Shown: positions 15,608-24,068 of the stretch, in pieces
How positions within the stretch are numbered: the first letter of the stretch is position 1
Layout of the letters: each line of letters begins with the position of its first letter
Assembly (NCBI GenBank): GCA_021498095.1
Contig: JAIZWK010000001.1
Location: 4,110,001-4,142,000, forward strand
DNA: 32,000 nt
DNA from: Candidatus Harpocratesius repetitus
Lineage (GTDB): Archaea; Asgardarchaeota; Lokiarchaeia; Sigyniarchaeales; Promethearchaeaceae
Direction of reading: 5' to 3'
Notes under the pieces: generated by a model
What the model was told of the DNA's origin: nothing
The model's input: only the letters and a program-made list of their open reading frames with translations
Database searches by the model: none
Program-made: the position numbers and the translations under genes

Positions 15608-17227
15608 ATGGAAAATATTAATATGCTCAAAAATGCATTGTTAAATACATTTATGATTAAATTTTTCCCTCCACTTGAAAAATATACTGTTAAGCAATCA
15701 ATGGGAATATTTGCCAGTATTTTTGTTGGTTCCACAATGTGGCTAGCACACTTTGTTTTGGAAATTAAAGCAATTTTAGAAGCAAATTTACCGCTTTACT
15801 TTGCAATTTTTCCATATATAGGGTGTATTTTTGGGGGAATTTTTGCATTTATCATGTGTAATCGAGTAAATTTCGATTTTTCCTACTTATTCTTGTTTGG
15901 ATGTTATATTGGCAATTATATTCTTCAAATATGGATACACAACAAAATCTTTACAATAATTTCAATCTTCTTAGCTGGTCTTTTAAGTGGTTCTTTTTAT
16001 GGATTTCTTCATGTTCAATTAATTCCTGCGTTTTCTGATTCATATTATAGTGGTCGAATGAATGCATTATCATATTGTGGAGTTGCAACTTTAATTATAA
16101 TTGATATATTGCTTACTCAAGCAAATCTACCGATATGGAGTTCTATATATTTAGCTAGCATCTATTTTATCTTCTTCTTAATATATATTCTCTCACGTTC
16201 TGAAAGAATTATCTTCAAACAAATCACATTGACTCCAAAAGAATACATTAACCAGCCCAAAATAGGATTTAAAATATTATTGAATCTTTTATGGGGTTTT
16301 TTCTTAACCACTCCTGCTTATGTGATTATGACTTATTACATTTTATGGGGACGTGAAGCAGAGATATTTCATTTTATATTGGTCTTTTTTATTTCAGTAG
16401 GAATTTTTTCTCCCTTTAATGGATATCTACTAGATCATTTTGGTCGTAAAGGTGTAGTATTAACAGGATTTGGAATATTATCATTTGCTTTTCTCTTTTT
16501 ACCTTTTTTAAATTTTGAAAATACATGGAACTGCCACCTATTAGCTATTATTTTAGGAATCGGTTTAACTATGGCAATTACGACTAATACTCTCGTTAGT
16601 ATGGAATTAGCAAAAACTCACACAACTTATCGAGAAAGTGCAACTAGTTATATATTGATGGGAGTAGGGTTAAATCTTGGTGTAATTTTTGTGGAGATAT
16701 TAAAACCACTCTTTTCAGAGAATTTTTTTGTATTACCAGCAGCAATGTCGATTATTTTTGTTATTGCAACAATTGTTATCACTCAGCTAGAAGAATCTCT
16801 TCCATCTTTAAATGAACGAAAATGGAAATCAGATCTACTTTTTCTTTATTTATTTACAAAAACAGGTATTCCTATTGCGTCTTTTGGATTTAACGACATG
16901 CAAGCTAAAGAATATAGTCAACAGACACTCATGAGCGGAGCATTGACCGCAATATCCAAGATAATTCAATATTTAGTTCACAACAAACAACCCATTAAAG
17001 TAATTAAACAGGAAAATTCACTAATTTTAATTGAAGAAGGTATAGAATATTCCGTAGCATTAGTTATAAAAAAGGAATATGAAATTGCAAGAATTTTGAT
17101 GCAGAAATTTCTCACGCATTTCGAAATCTTATGTCAAAAAGAAAAAATAATAGCAAGTTCTCAAAATTTTATTCAGATAAAAAATAAATGCGTAATTGAA
17201 GAACTAGTTAAGAATTATTTTAGATAA
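15608..17227 (+). CDS. MFS-type transporter fused to a C-terminal soluble longin-like domain
   Basis: About 12 hydrophobic segments and MFS motif A (GYLLDHFGRKG). The last ~130 aa are soluble: LYLFTKTGIPI...LMSGALTAISKII...IKVIKQENSLILIEEG...ALV...FLTHFE. Confidence 0.75.
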   Translation: MENINMLKNALLNTFMIKFFPPLEKYTVKQSMGIFASIFVGSTMWLAHFVLEIKAILEANLPLYFAIFPYIGCIFGGIFAFIMCNRVNFDFSYLFLFGCYIGNYILQIWIHNKIFTIISIFLAGLLSGSFYGFLHVQLIPAFSDSYYSGRMNALSYCGVATLIIIDILLTQANLPIWSSIYLASIYFIFFLIYILSRSERIIFKQITLTPKEYINQPKIGFKILLNLLWGFFLTTPAYVIMTYYILWGREAEIFHFILVFFISVGIFSPFNGYLLDHFGRKGVVLTGFGILSFAFLFLPFLNFENTWNCHLLAIILGIGLTMAITTNTLVSMELAKTHTTYRESATSYILMGVGLNLGVIFVEILKPLFSENFFVLPAAMSIIFVIATIVITQLEESLPSLNERKWKSDLLFLYLFTKTGIPIASFGFNDMQAKEYSQQTLMSGALTAISKIIQYLVHNKQPIKVIKQENSLILIEEGIEYSVALVIKKEYEIARILMQKFLTHFEILCQKEKIIASSQNFIQIKNKCVIEELVKNYFR

Positions 17228-17233
17228 AAAAAT

Positions 17234-18349
17234 TCAAAGTTTAGATTTTTCCAATTCTATTTGTTCTTGCTCTTTTTGCAGTTTTTTTTCCCGTTTTCCA
17301 TATTTTCCCCTAAGTTTTAGATCATAACGCTTTAACGCTGTGAGAATAAGATCGTTTATCATCTCTCTATAAGATAAACCTATATGTTTGGCAGCAATGG
17401 CCATTTTTCCATTAGATAACAAATTGGTTATAGGATTAATTTCATGTAAAAGCAAATTTTCAGTTTTTTGATCAATTAAAAAGACAGCCATAGCAAAATC
17501 TCTGCAGTGACAAGAAGTATAAGCCTTATGAGCAACTTTTCTTGCTCTTTTAACAATAGGATTAGTAATTTCCAAAAAAGTATACTTAAGATCTTCACTT
17601 TTTGCTTTAATACGTTGCTCTATTGACCAATTTTCTGGAAAAATATATTCAATAGCAGGTAGGAAATGGATATCATCATTTAAGTCATTTCCAAATATAG
17701 GAAGATAGAACTTACGAGAGTGAATATATTCTTCAATCATTGCATATGTAAATCTTTTCTTTTTGCTAATATTTTTTAGGATTGAATCAATTTCTTCAGT
17801 TGAATTTGCAATTTGGTCTGGAATTGAAGGTTCATGGATACCTTCTGAGAAAATTTTGATTATTACGGGATAGTGAAATCCAGGATTTATTTTAGGAAAT
17901 ATTCCGCTTTGTATTTTCAAGATTTGAAATTTTGGTGTTGCAATGAAATTTAATTGTAAAATAGACTTAAATAATGCTTTATTTTTACAAATACCAATTG
18001 CATCAAGGCGCGAGCCTAAATATGGAATTTGAGCTAAATCAAACAAACCAACATACTGTGCCGGCTGAAATTTTGTCGCTACTTTATCAGCAGTATTTAA
18101 TATAAAATCGAATTTTCTTGTTAAAAGATGAGAAAGTAATTCTTCATTAGGAATCAAGAATTCAGTTTTATTACCATATTCTTCAACAACTTCTTTAAGT
18201 TCTTGTAAAGGATGGGTAACATCTTCTTTTTCATCTTCTTTATCCTTAGAAGAATCTTTCGATGAGTCTTTTGAATGACTTTTCAATTTCTCAAGATATT
18301 TGTTATATGATTCTAACAAATGAGGATCTACAATTAAAGCAATTTTCAT
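17234..18349 (-). CDS. D-Ala-D-Ala ligase-like ATP-grasp protein with a degenerate active site
   Basis: Motifs: IPYLGS...NKALFK, YPVIIK..SEG, MIEEYI, LPAIE, LHEINP. The Ddl EGSSxG, GxE, RxD and PG motifs are substituted. Confidence 0.8.
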   Translation of the reverse strand: MKIALIVDPHLLESYNKYLEKLKSHSKDSSKDSSKDKEDEKEDVTHPLQELKEVVEEYGNKTEFLIPNEELLSHLLTRKFDFILNTADKVATKFQPAQYVGLFDLAQIPYLGSRLDAIGICKNKALFKSILQLNFIATPKFQILKIQSGIFPKINPGFHYPVIIKIFSEGIHEPSIPDQIANSTEEIDSILKNISKKKRFTYAMIEEYIHSRKFYLPIFGNDLNDDIHFLPAIEYIFPENWSIEQRIKAKSEDLKYTFLEITNPIVKRARKVAHKAYTSCHCRDFAMAVFLIDQKTENLLLHEINPITNLLSNGKMAIAAKHIGLSYREMINDLILTALKRYDLKLRGKYGKREKKLQKEQEQIELEKSKL

Positions 18350-18411
18350 TCTTATCTACACCCTATAAAGGTACGATTAATAAATAATGCTTTTGTGAAA
18401 GCTGAAAAACG

Positions 18412-19503
18412 ATGGCTCATGTAATATCTCAGAAGATGGAAATATTACACTTTCCTTTTGTAGCGATTTTAGGGCAAAAAAACATGAAAACTGCTTTGAT
18501 CTTAAATGTAATTGACCCAAAAATTGGTGGAGTCCTTTTAACTGGACAACAAGGAACTGGAAAAAGCACTGCAGTTCGTTCATTAGTAGATATTTTACCA
18601 AAAATCGAAGTAAATGAAGGTTGCCAATTTCAGTGCAACGTTACCGATCCTCAAACAGATCCGAGTACTTGGTGCGAATACTGTACAACTACAAAAAATA
18701 ATCACACAATAATTCAAAAACCTATCAATTTAGTAAACCTTCCTCTTGGTGCAACTGAAGAGATGATTATTGGTACATTAGATATTCAGAAAATAATAAA
18801 GCAAGGAAAGCGAGCCATTCAACCAGGATTACTTGCTAAAGCTCATAGAGGTATATTATATGTAGATGAAATTAATTTACTCCAAGATCATTTGGTTGAT
18901 ATTTTATTAGATGTAGCGGCTTCAGGAATAAATATTATTGAACGGGAAGGAATTTCATTAAAACACAAGTCTTCATTTGTATTAATTGGAAGTATGAATC
19001 CTGAAGAAGGTGATCTTCGCCCTCAAATATCCGATCGACTTGGTCTTGAAGTTCCAATTCAAGCTCCAACAGATCCTCAAATTCGTGCAAAAATTACTCA
19101 ACGTGTTATTGAATTTAATGATGATCCTATGGCGTTTATTTCAAAATTTAGTAAAGAAACTCAAGATTTAAGACATCAAATTATTTTTGCTAAGGAAATT
19201 CTTGATGAAATTGAAGTTCCTGATGAAATTTTTAATCTGACAGCCCGTCTTGTTCTAAAAGCAGGATTATATTCTCAACGAGCAGATATTACATTCATCC
19301 GGTGTGCTCGAGCTCATGCAGCATTTATGGGAAGAAAAAAAATAACAAAAGAAGATTTAGAAATATCAATAGATTTGGTATTTCGACATCGCTTAAGTCG
19401 GTATCAGCAAGAAATTCCTTTAGAAGAAATTCACTCTATCTTTAATACCATGTATAATAACAATAACAACATTTCTAATTCATCTTCAGAGGTTCAGAAG
19501 TAA
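18412..19503 (+). CDS. ChlI/BchI-like (magnesium chelatase subunit I family) AAA+ ATPase
   Basis: FPFVAILGQ, Walker A GQQGTGKS, LPLGATEE, PGLLAKAHRGILYVDEINLL, EREGIS, GSMNPEEGDLRPQISDR. ATG 18436 is an alternative start. Confidence 0.9.
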   Translation: MAHVISQKMEILHFPFVAILGQKNMKTALILNVIDPKIGGVLLTGQQGTGKSTAVRSLVDILPKIEVNEGCQFQCNVTDPQTDPSTWCEYCTTTKNNHTIIQKPINLVNLPLGATEEMIIGTLDIQKIIKQGKRAIQPGLLAKAHRGILYVDEINLLQDHLVDILLDVAASGINIIEREGISLKHKSSFVLIGSMNPEEGDLRPQISDRLGLEVPIQAPTDPQIRAKITQRVIEFNDDPMAFISKFSKETQDLRHQIIFAKEILDEIEVPDEIFNLTARLVLKAGLYSQRADITFIRCARAHAAFMGRKKITKEDLEISIDLVFRHRLSRYQQEIPLEEIHSIFNTMYNNNNNISNSSSEVQK

Positions 19504-19504
19504 A

Positions 19505-20188
19505 ATGTTCCAAAATTACCCAGAATATGCAGAATATCTATGTTCATCCTACTATTTTAACTATAATCACCCTACAATTCAAAATAAATTAACTGAAATT
19601 ATCCCAGATCCAAGTAAATTAACGCAACTTGAACAAATTCAGAGAATTTTTATTTTTGTTAGGGATAAAATTGCATATAAAGTAACCCACGAAATTACTA
19701 CTCCCAAATTCTTGCGTGCTTCAAACACTCTTGCGCGAGGTTATGGCCATTGCGTTGCGAAAGCAATATTATTAGCTGCATTTACTCGATTGATGGGAAT
19801 TCCTACTAGAATGCATTTTGTTGATATCAAAAATCACCAACTTAGTGATAAATGGATTGAACAATTTGGAGAAGAACTTTTATGGCATGGATATGTTGAA
19901 ATATATTTCAACAATAAATGGATTGCTTTAAATCCAGCATATGATAAGAAATTATGCGAAAAACATGGATATTTTGTAGTGGAATTTGATGGAAAAAATG
20001 ATGCTTTATTTGCAAAAACAGATAAAAAGGGAAATATATTTATGGAATACGTGGCAGATCACGGTGTTTATTCAAAGATTCCTTATATTAGAATTTTTTC
20101 AGAATGGTTTTCGTATTATACGCCATATTATTTAAAGTATTATAAAAAAGTAAGAAAAAATAGAAAGAAAAGTAAAATCAAGCAATAA
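19505..20188 (+). CDS. Transglutaminase-like (papain-fold Cys-His) protein
   Basis: FIFVRDKIAY, GHCVAKAILLAAFTRLMGIP (catalytic Cys), WHGYVEIYFNNKW (catalytic His). Start is 1 nt after the upstream stop. Confidence 0.88.
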   Translation: MFQNYPEYAEYLCSSYYFNYNHPTIQNKLTEIIPDPSKLTQLEQIQRIFIFVRDKIAYKVTHEITTPKFLRASNTLARGYGHCVAKAILLAAFTRLMGIPTRMHFVDIKNHQLSDKWIEQFGEELLWHGYVEIYFNNKWIALNPAYDKKLCEKHGYFVVEFDGKNDALFAKTDKKGNIFMEYVADHGVYSKIPYIRIFSEWFSYYTPYYLKYYKKVRKNRKKSKIKQ

Positions 20189-20299
20189 TTTCATTTAATA
20201 TTTAAAATTTGTACCTTTTTCCTTCTTTATTTATCCTTTTTATCAATTATTATTATTATTAAAAAAAAATAATTCCCATTTATGGCATTAATCAATTAT

Positions 20300-20644
20300 T
20301 CAATTTATCCAGAATTTTTTTTCGAATTTCTCTAAAAATGCTAATCCTTTAGGCTCTATACGATAAAAAACATGGAATGTTTTTCCAGGTATCTCAATTT
20401 CTGAGATTAATTTCTTTTCTTTGAGAGTATCTAATACTCGTTTACAATCATAATACTGTCGATTGATTTTTTTTGAGAAATAACTTGCAGGAATAACTCC
20501 TGTTTGACATTCTTTATTTCTATTTAAGCAGTTATAACACTGAATGTCAGTTCCCTTTAAGTCACAACTCTTTTTTCCCCTAACACGATTTGCCAACCAT
20601 CTTAAAAATAAAAATTGGCGCATTGTAAGCATGTCTGAGTTCAT
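20300..20644 (-). CDS. Small winged-helix protein with a 4-Cys insertion; putative regulator
   Basis: LTMRQFLFLRWL (helix 1), CDLKGTDIQCYNCLNRNKEC insert, VLDTLKEKKLI, wing FYRIEPKGLAFLE. Confidence 0.7.
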   Translation of the reverse strand: MNSDMLTMRQFLFLRWLANRVRGKKSCDLKGTDIQCYNCLNRNKECQTGVIPASYFSKKINRQYYDCKRVLDTLKEKKLISEIEIPGKTFHVFYRIEPKGLAFLEKFEKKFWIN

Positions 20645-21017
20645 GGTAAATTATTCCATTTTTGTCATAAATATGAGAGATTGCTCACGAATATGTCTCT
20701 AATTCAATGTTCACACTTCTACAATTATAATTGAGAGTAATAAAAGATACGCATCTTATGATAGAAATTGCATTATTCAACAAGATAATAGTAAAATGGT
20801 TAAATTATTTAATAGATTGAAATATTTAAACCAAAGAAATTAGAAAATAAATTGGAATCTTCCCAACATATATCTTAAAAGGTATTTTGTTATCAAATAA
20901 TAATAAAAATGAAAATAAATTCGATAATAGAAATTAAATCCTAAAATCGAATTATTTATTAGTTTGTTTGATGTTCTTTTACATGTACGATTTGTACATT
21001 TGTAAGGTTGAAGAATA

Positions 21018-21407
21018 ATGAAACCAGAAAGATCTCCAAATATCTTAATTTTAGATATGCCAGACCTGATTTATACTGAAAAGCGATTATGTGAATTTGT
21101 TATTCCAAATTCAAATATTTTCGTTTCTTCCTATATTGAAGAAGCAAAGGAGATCATACAAACAAAACCCATTGATATCATTTTGATGGATTTATTCACT
21201 GATCACGAGCAAGAGAAAATGGTCGACAGCTTTTTAGCTAAAGTTAAGCGAGAAAAAGATGATACAAAAATCATTGGTACTTCAGGAACATTCATTTCTC
21301 ATAAAAAAGCTGAATTTTTAGATCACATCTTGATGAAACCCTTTTCATTGAAAGATCTTCAAATTGCACTAAGCAAATTTGATGAAAGTGTTAAACTGTT
21401 TAAATAA
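21018..21407 (+). CDS. Stand-alone response-regulator receiver (CheY-like) domain
   Basis: ILILD, DIILMD (phospho-acceptor Asp), IIGTSG, LMKPFSLKDL. Confidence 0.82.
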   Translation: MKPERSPNILILDMPDLIYTEKRLCEFVIPNSNIFVSSYIEEAKEIIQTKPIDIILMDLFTDHEQEKMVDSFLAKVKREKDDTKIIGTSGTFISHKKAEFLDHILMKPFSLKDLQIALSKFDESVKLFK

Positions 21408-21430
21408 TTCCATTTTTTATATTTTTTATA

Positions 21431-22597
21431 TTATTTTTCTAATATTTTATCTATAATATCATGAAATTTAGAAGCTTCTTGAAGGAAGAGAGTATATAAT
21501 TTGAATTGGACTCGAGCTCGAAATAAATTTTGATTATTATAAGAAATTTGAAAATAAACATCATTTTTTAAAAAATCTGTCAGAAATCGTAAACCCAGCA
21601 TGAAAGAAAAGTAAGCAGGAGCGTATTTCAATATCGACCACTCTGTTGCTGTCCATAAATTCGAAGTTTTATTCAAGAAACCTTCAGAAAAGGAATAGAA
21701 TCGCTCCAAATCGATATCTACAAGCGTAAGATCTTGTTCATCTTCTGTAGCAGTATTGCATATTGATCTTAATGCATCTCCATAATCATAAAAACCAAAT
21801 CCTGCGCTTACTGTATCTAAATCCACAATTGAAACAACACTATCCCTTTTATCAAACAAAATGTTGTTAAATTTAGGATCATTATGAGTAATCCGAAGTG
21901 GTATTTGCCCTGATTTCAATTTTTTTTCGATTTCATGCATTTTCGGGTAATTTTTTTTAAAAAATTCCACTTCAGAGGTAGCAAGAAGTTTTCTGGAAAA
22001 AGGATCTTTGGAATAACAATTTTGAAATTGCTGCCAATAGAATGATAAATCATGAAAGTGAGAAATAACAGGAAATAGGTTTTTATGAGGAAAATCATAA
22101 AGAGCCTGCTCAAAATCACCAAATACTTCCCCAGCATGATAGACTTGCGTCAAATTTTTTGGAATCTCAAATGAGTATGTATTTGGAATAAATTTATATA
22201 AGCGCCACCATTGTTCTTCTTTTTTTTCTTTTTTTGGTAATTTTGGAATTTGAATCCAATGAGAACCTGAATTTGTTAAAACAAGTTGTGGAACAACCTT
22301 GAATGAATAATTTCTTTTTTCTTCTTCAATTTTTCTTTTTATATGTGAAGTAACTTGATGAATATTTTTTTGTAATAAATCAGGACGTGGAAAAACATAA
22401 TGATTGATCTGTTGAAGTAAATATTGAGCATTTTTTTTTTTATTTGTGAATACCAGATAACTCTTGTTGATGTGGCCTATCTTTAACGGTTCAATTTTCT
22501 TAATTTTGTCATATATTTGAAATTCTTCTACAATTTTTTGAAGATCTTCTTGATGATAATTTATCACATTAAACTCCATTTTAATTGATTGATTCAA
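21431..22597 (-). CDS. APH/choline-kinase-fold phosphotransferase, N-acetylhexosamine 1-kinase-like subfamily
   Basis: GHINKSY, YLLQQINHYVF, RITHNDPKFNNILFD, VDLDTV, YDYGDALRS, GLRFLTDFL. Confidence 0.82.
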   Translation of the reverse strand: MNQSIKMEFNVINYHQEDLQKIVEEFQIYDKIKKIEPLKIGHINKSYLVFTNKKKNAQYLLQQINHYVFPRPDLLQKNIHQVTSHIKRKIEEEKRNYSFKVVPQLVLTNSGSHWIQIPKLPKKEKKEEQWWRLYKFIPNTYSFEIPKNLTQVYHAGEVFGDFEQALYDFPHKNLFPVISHFHDLSFYWQQFQNCYSKDPFSRKLLATSEVEFFKKNYPKMHEIEKKLKSGQIPLRITHNDPKFNNILFDKRDSVVSIVDLDTVSAGFGFYDYGDALRSICNTATEDEQDLTLVDIDLERFYSFSEGFLNKTSNLWTATEWSILKYAPAYFSFMLGLRFLTDFLKNDVYFQISYNNQNLFRARVQFKLYTLFLQEASKFHDIIDKILEK

Positions 22598-22671
22598 TCA
22601 GTGTATACTTTTATATTAGGTAATCCAATTTTAACAAAAAGTTTTTTCGATTTTATTTCTTTAGAAAGGGT

Positions 22672-23709
22672 ATGATCCCCACTATTGAATGGGATGCAAA
22701 AACCCGAACTGTGAAATTAATTGATCAAACAAAATTACCCGGACACTTGGAATATATTACCGCATCAACCCATGCAGAAATTGGGCGCATCATTAAGAAT
22801 ATGAATATTAGAGGGGCGCCTGCAATTGGTGTGGCAGCTGCTTTTGGTATGGTATTAGCAGCACAAGAAAATCAAAATCAGAATTTCGAACATTTTATAA
22901 AATCTATGCATCAAGCAGCTAATCTATTAAAAAATACCCGTCCAACTGCAATAAATCTTTTTTGGGCAATCAAACGCATGTTAAAAATAATTCCAGCAGA
23001 AAAATCAGATATTGAACAAATAACTGAAAGATTATTGGAAGAAGCGCTTCAAATGTGGCAGGAAGATATAAATTGTAATAAAGCAATTGGCAAACACGGT
23101 GCATCGCTTTTATCAGATAATGATGTGGTTCTTACTCATTGTAATGCAGGATCTCTGGCAACTGTGTTGTACGGCACAGCATTAGCTCCAATTCGATGGG
23201 CTATAGAAGAAGAAAAGAAAAAAATCGAAGTAATTGCAGATGAAACCAGACCCCGATTACAAGGAGCGCGTTTAACTGCATGGGAACTCAATTATGATAA
23301 AATTCCAGTAAAAATTGAAACAGATAATACCGCCGGGTTATTAATGCGAAAGGGATTAGTTCAAAAAATAATTGTGGGTGCCGATAGGATTGTATCAGAT
23401 GCAGTTTTTAACAAAATTGGAACATATATGTTAGCAATTGTTGCCAAATATCATAATATCCCATTTTATGTAGCTGCTCCGAGCAGCACACTCGCTCTTG
23501 AGCAAAAAGAATCAGACGTTATTATTGAACAACGAGATGGTCAATTTGAAGTTGCCAAAATAATGGGGATTGCTACTAAACCAATAGCACCAAATGGGGT
23601 TGAATGCATAAACTTTGCATTTGATGCAACACCTATGGAATTAGTAACCGCAATTATTACTGAAGATGGAGTATTTAGCCCAAAAGAACTGCTTGCGCAC
23701 TATCTCTAG
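22672..23709 (+). CDS. mtnA: S-methyl-5-thioribose-1-phosphate isomerase (eIF-2B-like family)
   Basis: LIDQTKLP, IRGAPAIG, TRPTAINL, LTHCNAGSLAT, DETRPRLQGARLTAWEL, VGADRI, NKIGTY, FDATP. Confidence 0.85.
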   Translation: MIPTIEWDAKTRTVKLIDQTKLPGHLEYITASTHAEIGRIIKNMNIRGAPAIGVAAAFGMVLAAQENQNQNFEHFIKSMHQAANLLKNTRPTAINLFWAIKRMLKIIPAEKSDIEQITERLLEEALQMWQEDINCNKAIGKHGASLLSDNDVVLTHCNAGSLATVLYGTALAPIRWAIEEEKKKIEVIADETRPRLQGARLTAWELNYDKIPVKIETDNTAGLLMRKGLVQKIIVGADRIVSDAVFNKIGTYMLAIVAKYHNIPFYVAAPSSTLALEQKESDVIIEQRDGQFEVAKIMGIATKPIAPNGVECINFAFDATPMELVTAIITEDGVFSPKELLAHYL

Positions 23710-23772
23710 TTATATAGTGAGAATAACTTAAGAAAAAAGTAGATTTTAGTAAAAAAGAATTATTAGTTGATT

Positions 23773-23946
23773 TTAACCATTTTTTGGCCATTCATATCCA
23801 CAGGCACCACAATGAAGTTTTTTCGGGTAGACCGGACTTCCTTGCATGCTGAAATATAGAGGCCTTTGACTGTTGTCGTCTTTTTCTTGTATTTTTCGAC
23901 GATCTTCATTACCACATTTCGGGCATTTAAATATTCTACCGGACAT
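23773..23946 (-). CDS. Small Zn-ribbon protein (57 aa)
   Basis: Two CxxC pairs: CPKCG and HCGACGYEW. ATG at 23946; the track's TTG 23955 is 3 codons upstream. Confidence 0.75.
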   Translation of the reverse strand: MSGRIFKCPKCGNEDRRKIQEKDDNSQRPLYFSMQGSPVYPKKLHCGACGYEWPKNG

Positions 23947-24068
23947 TTTAAACAAACGACTATTATATTTGATTAAGTAATATTCTTATATTTGTGACTT
24001 GAATATTAAATCCTTTTGATTCAATCCTTGCATGCACTGATAAAAAAAGGAATGATAGTTTTTTCAAA

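Noticed and set aside
18225-18285. SKDS/KED repeat as a DNA tandem repeat
   Set aside because: The codons differ between units, so it is a protein-level low-complexity linker only.
17234-18349. Calling ddl or inferring peptidoglycan synthesis
   Set aside because: Catalytic residues are missing and no mur genes are present.
18377-18601. 74-aa minus-strand ORF
   Set aside because: Overlaps the AAA+ gene antisense; no motifs.
20722-20733. Perfect palindrome CAATTATAATTG upstream of the wHTH gene
   Set aside because: Almost entirely A/T and a single copy, so plausible by chance; kept only as an EMSA candidate.
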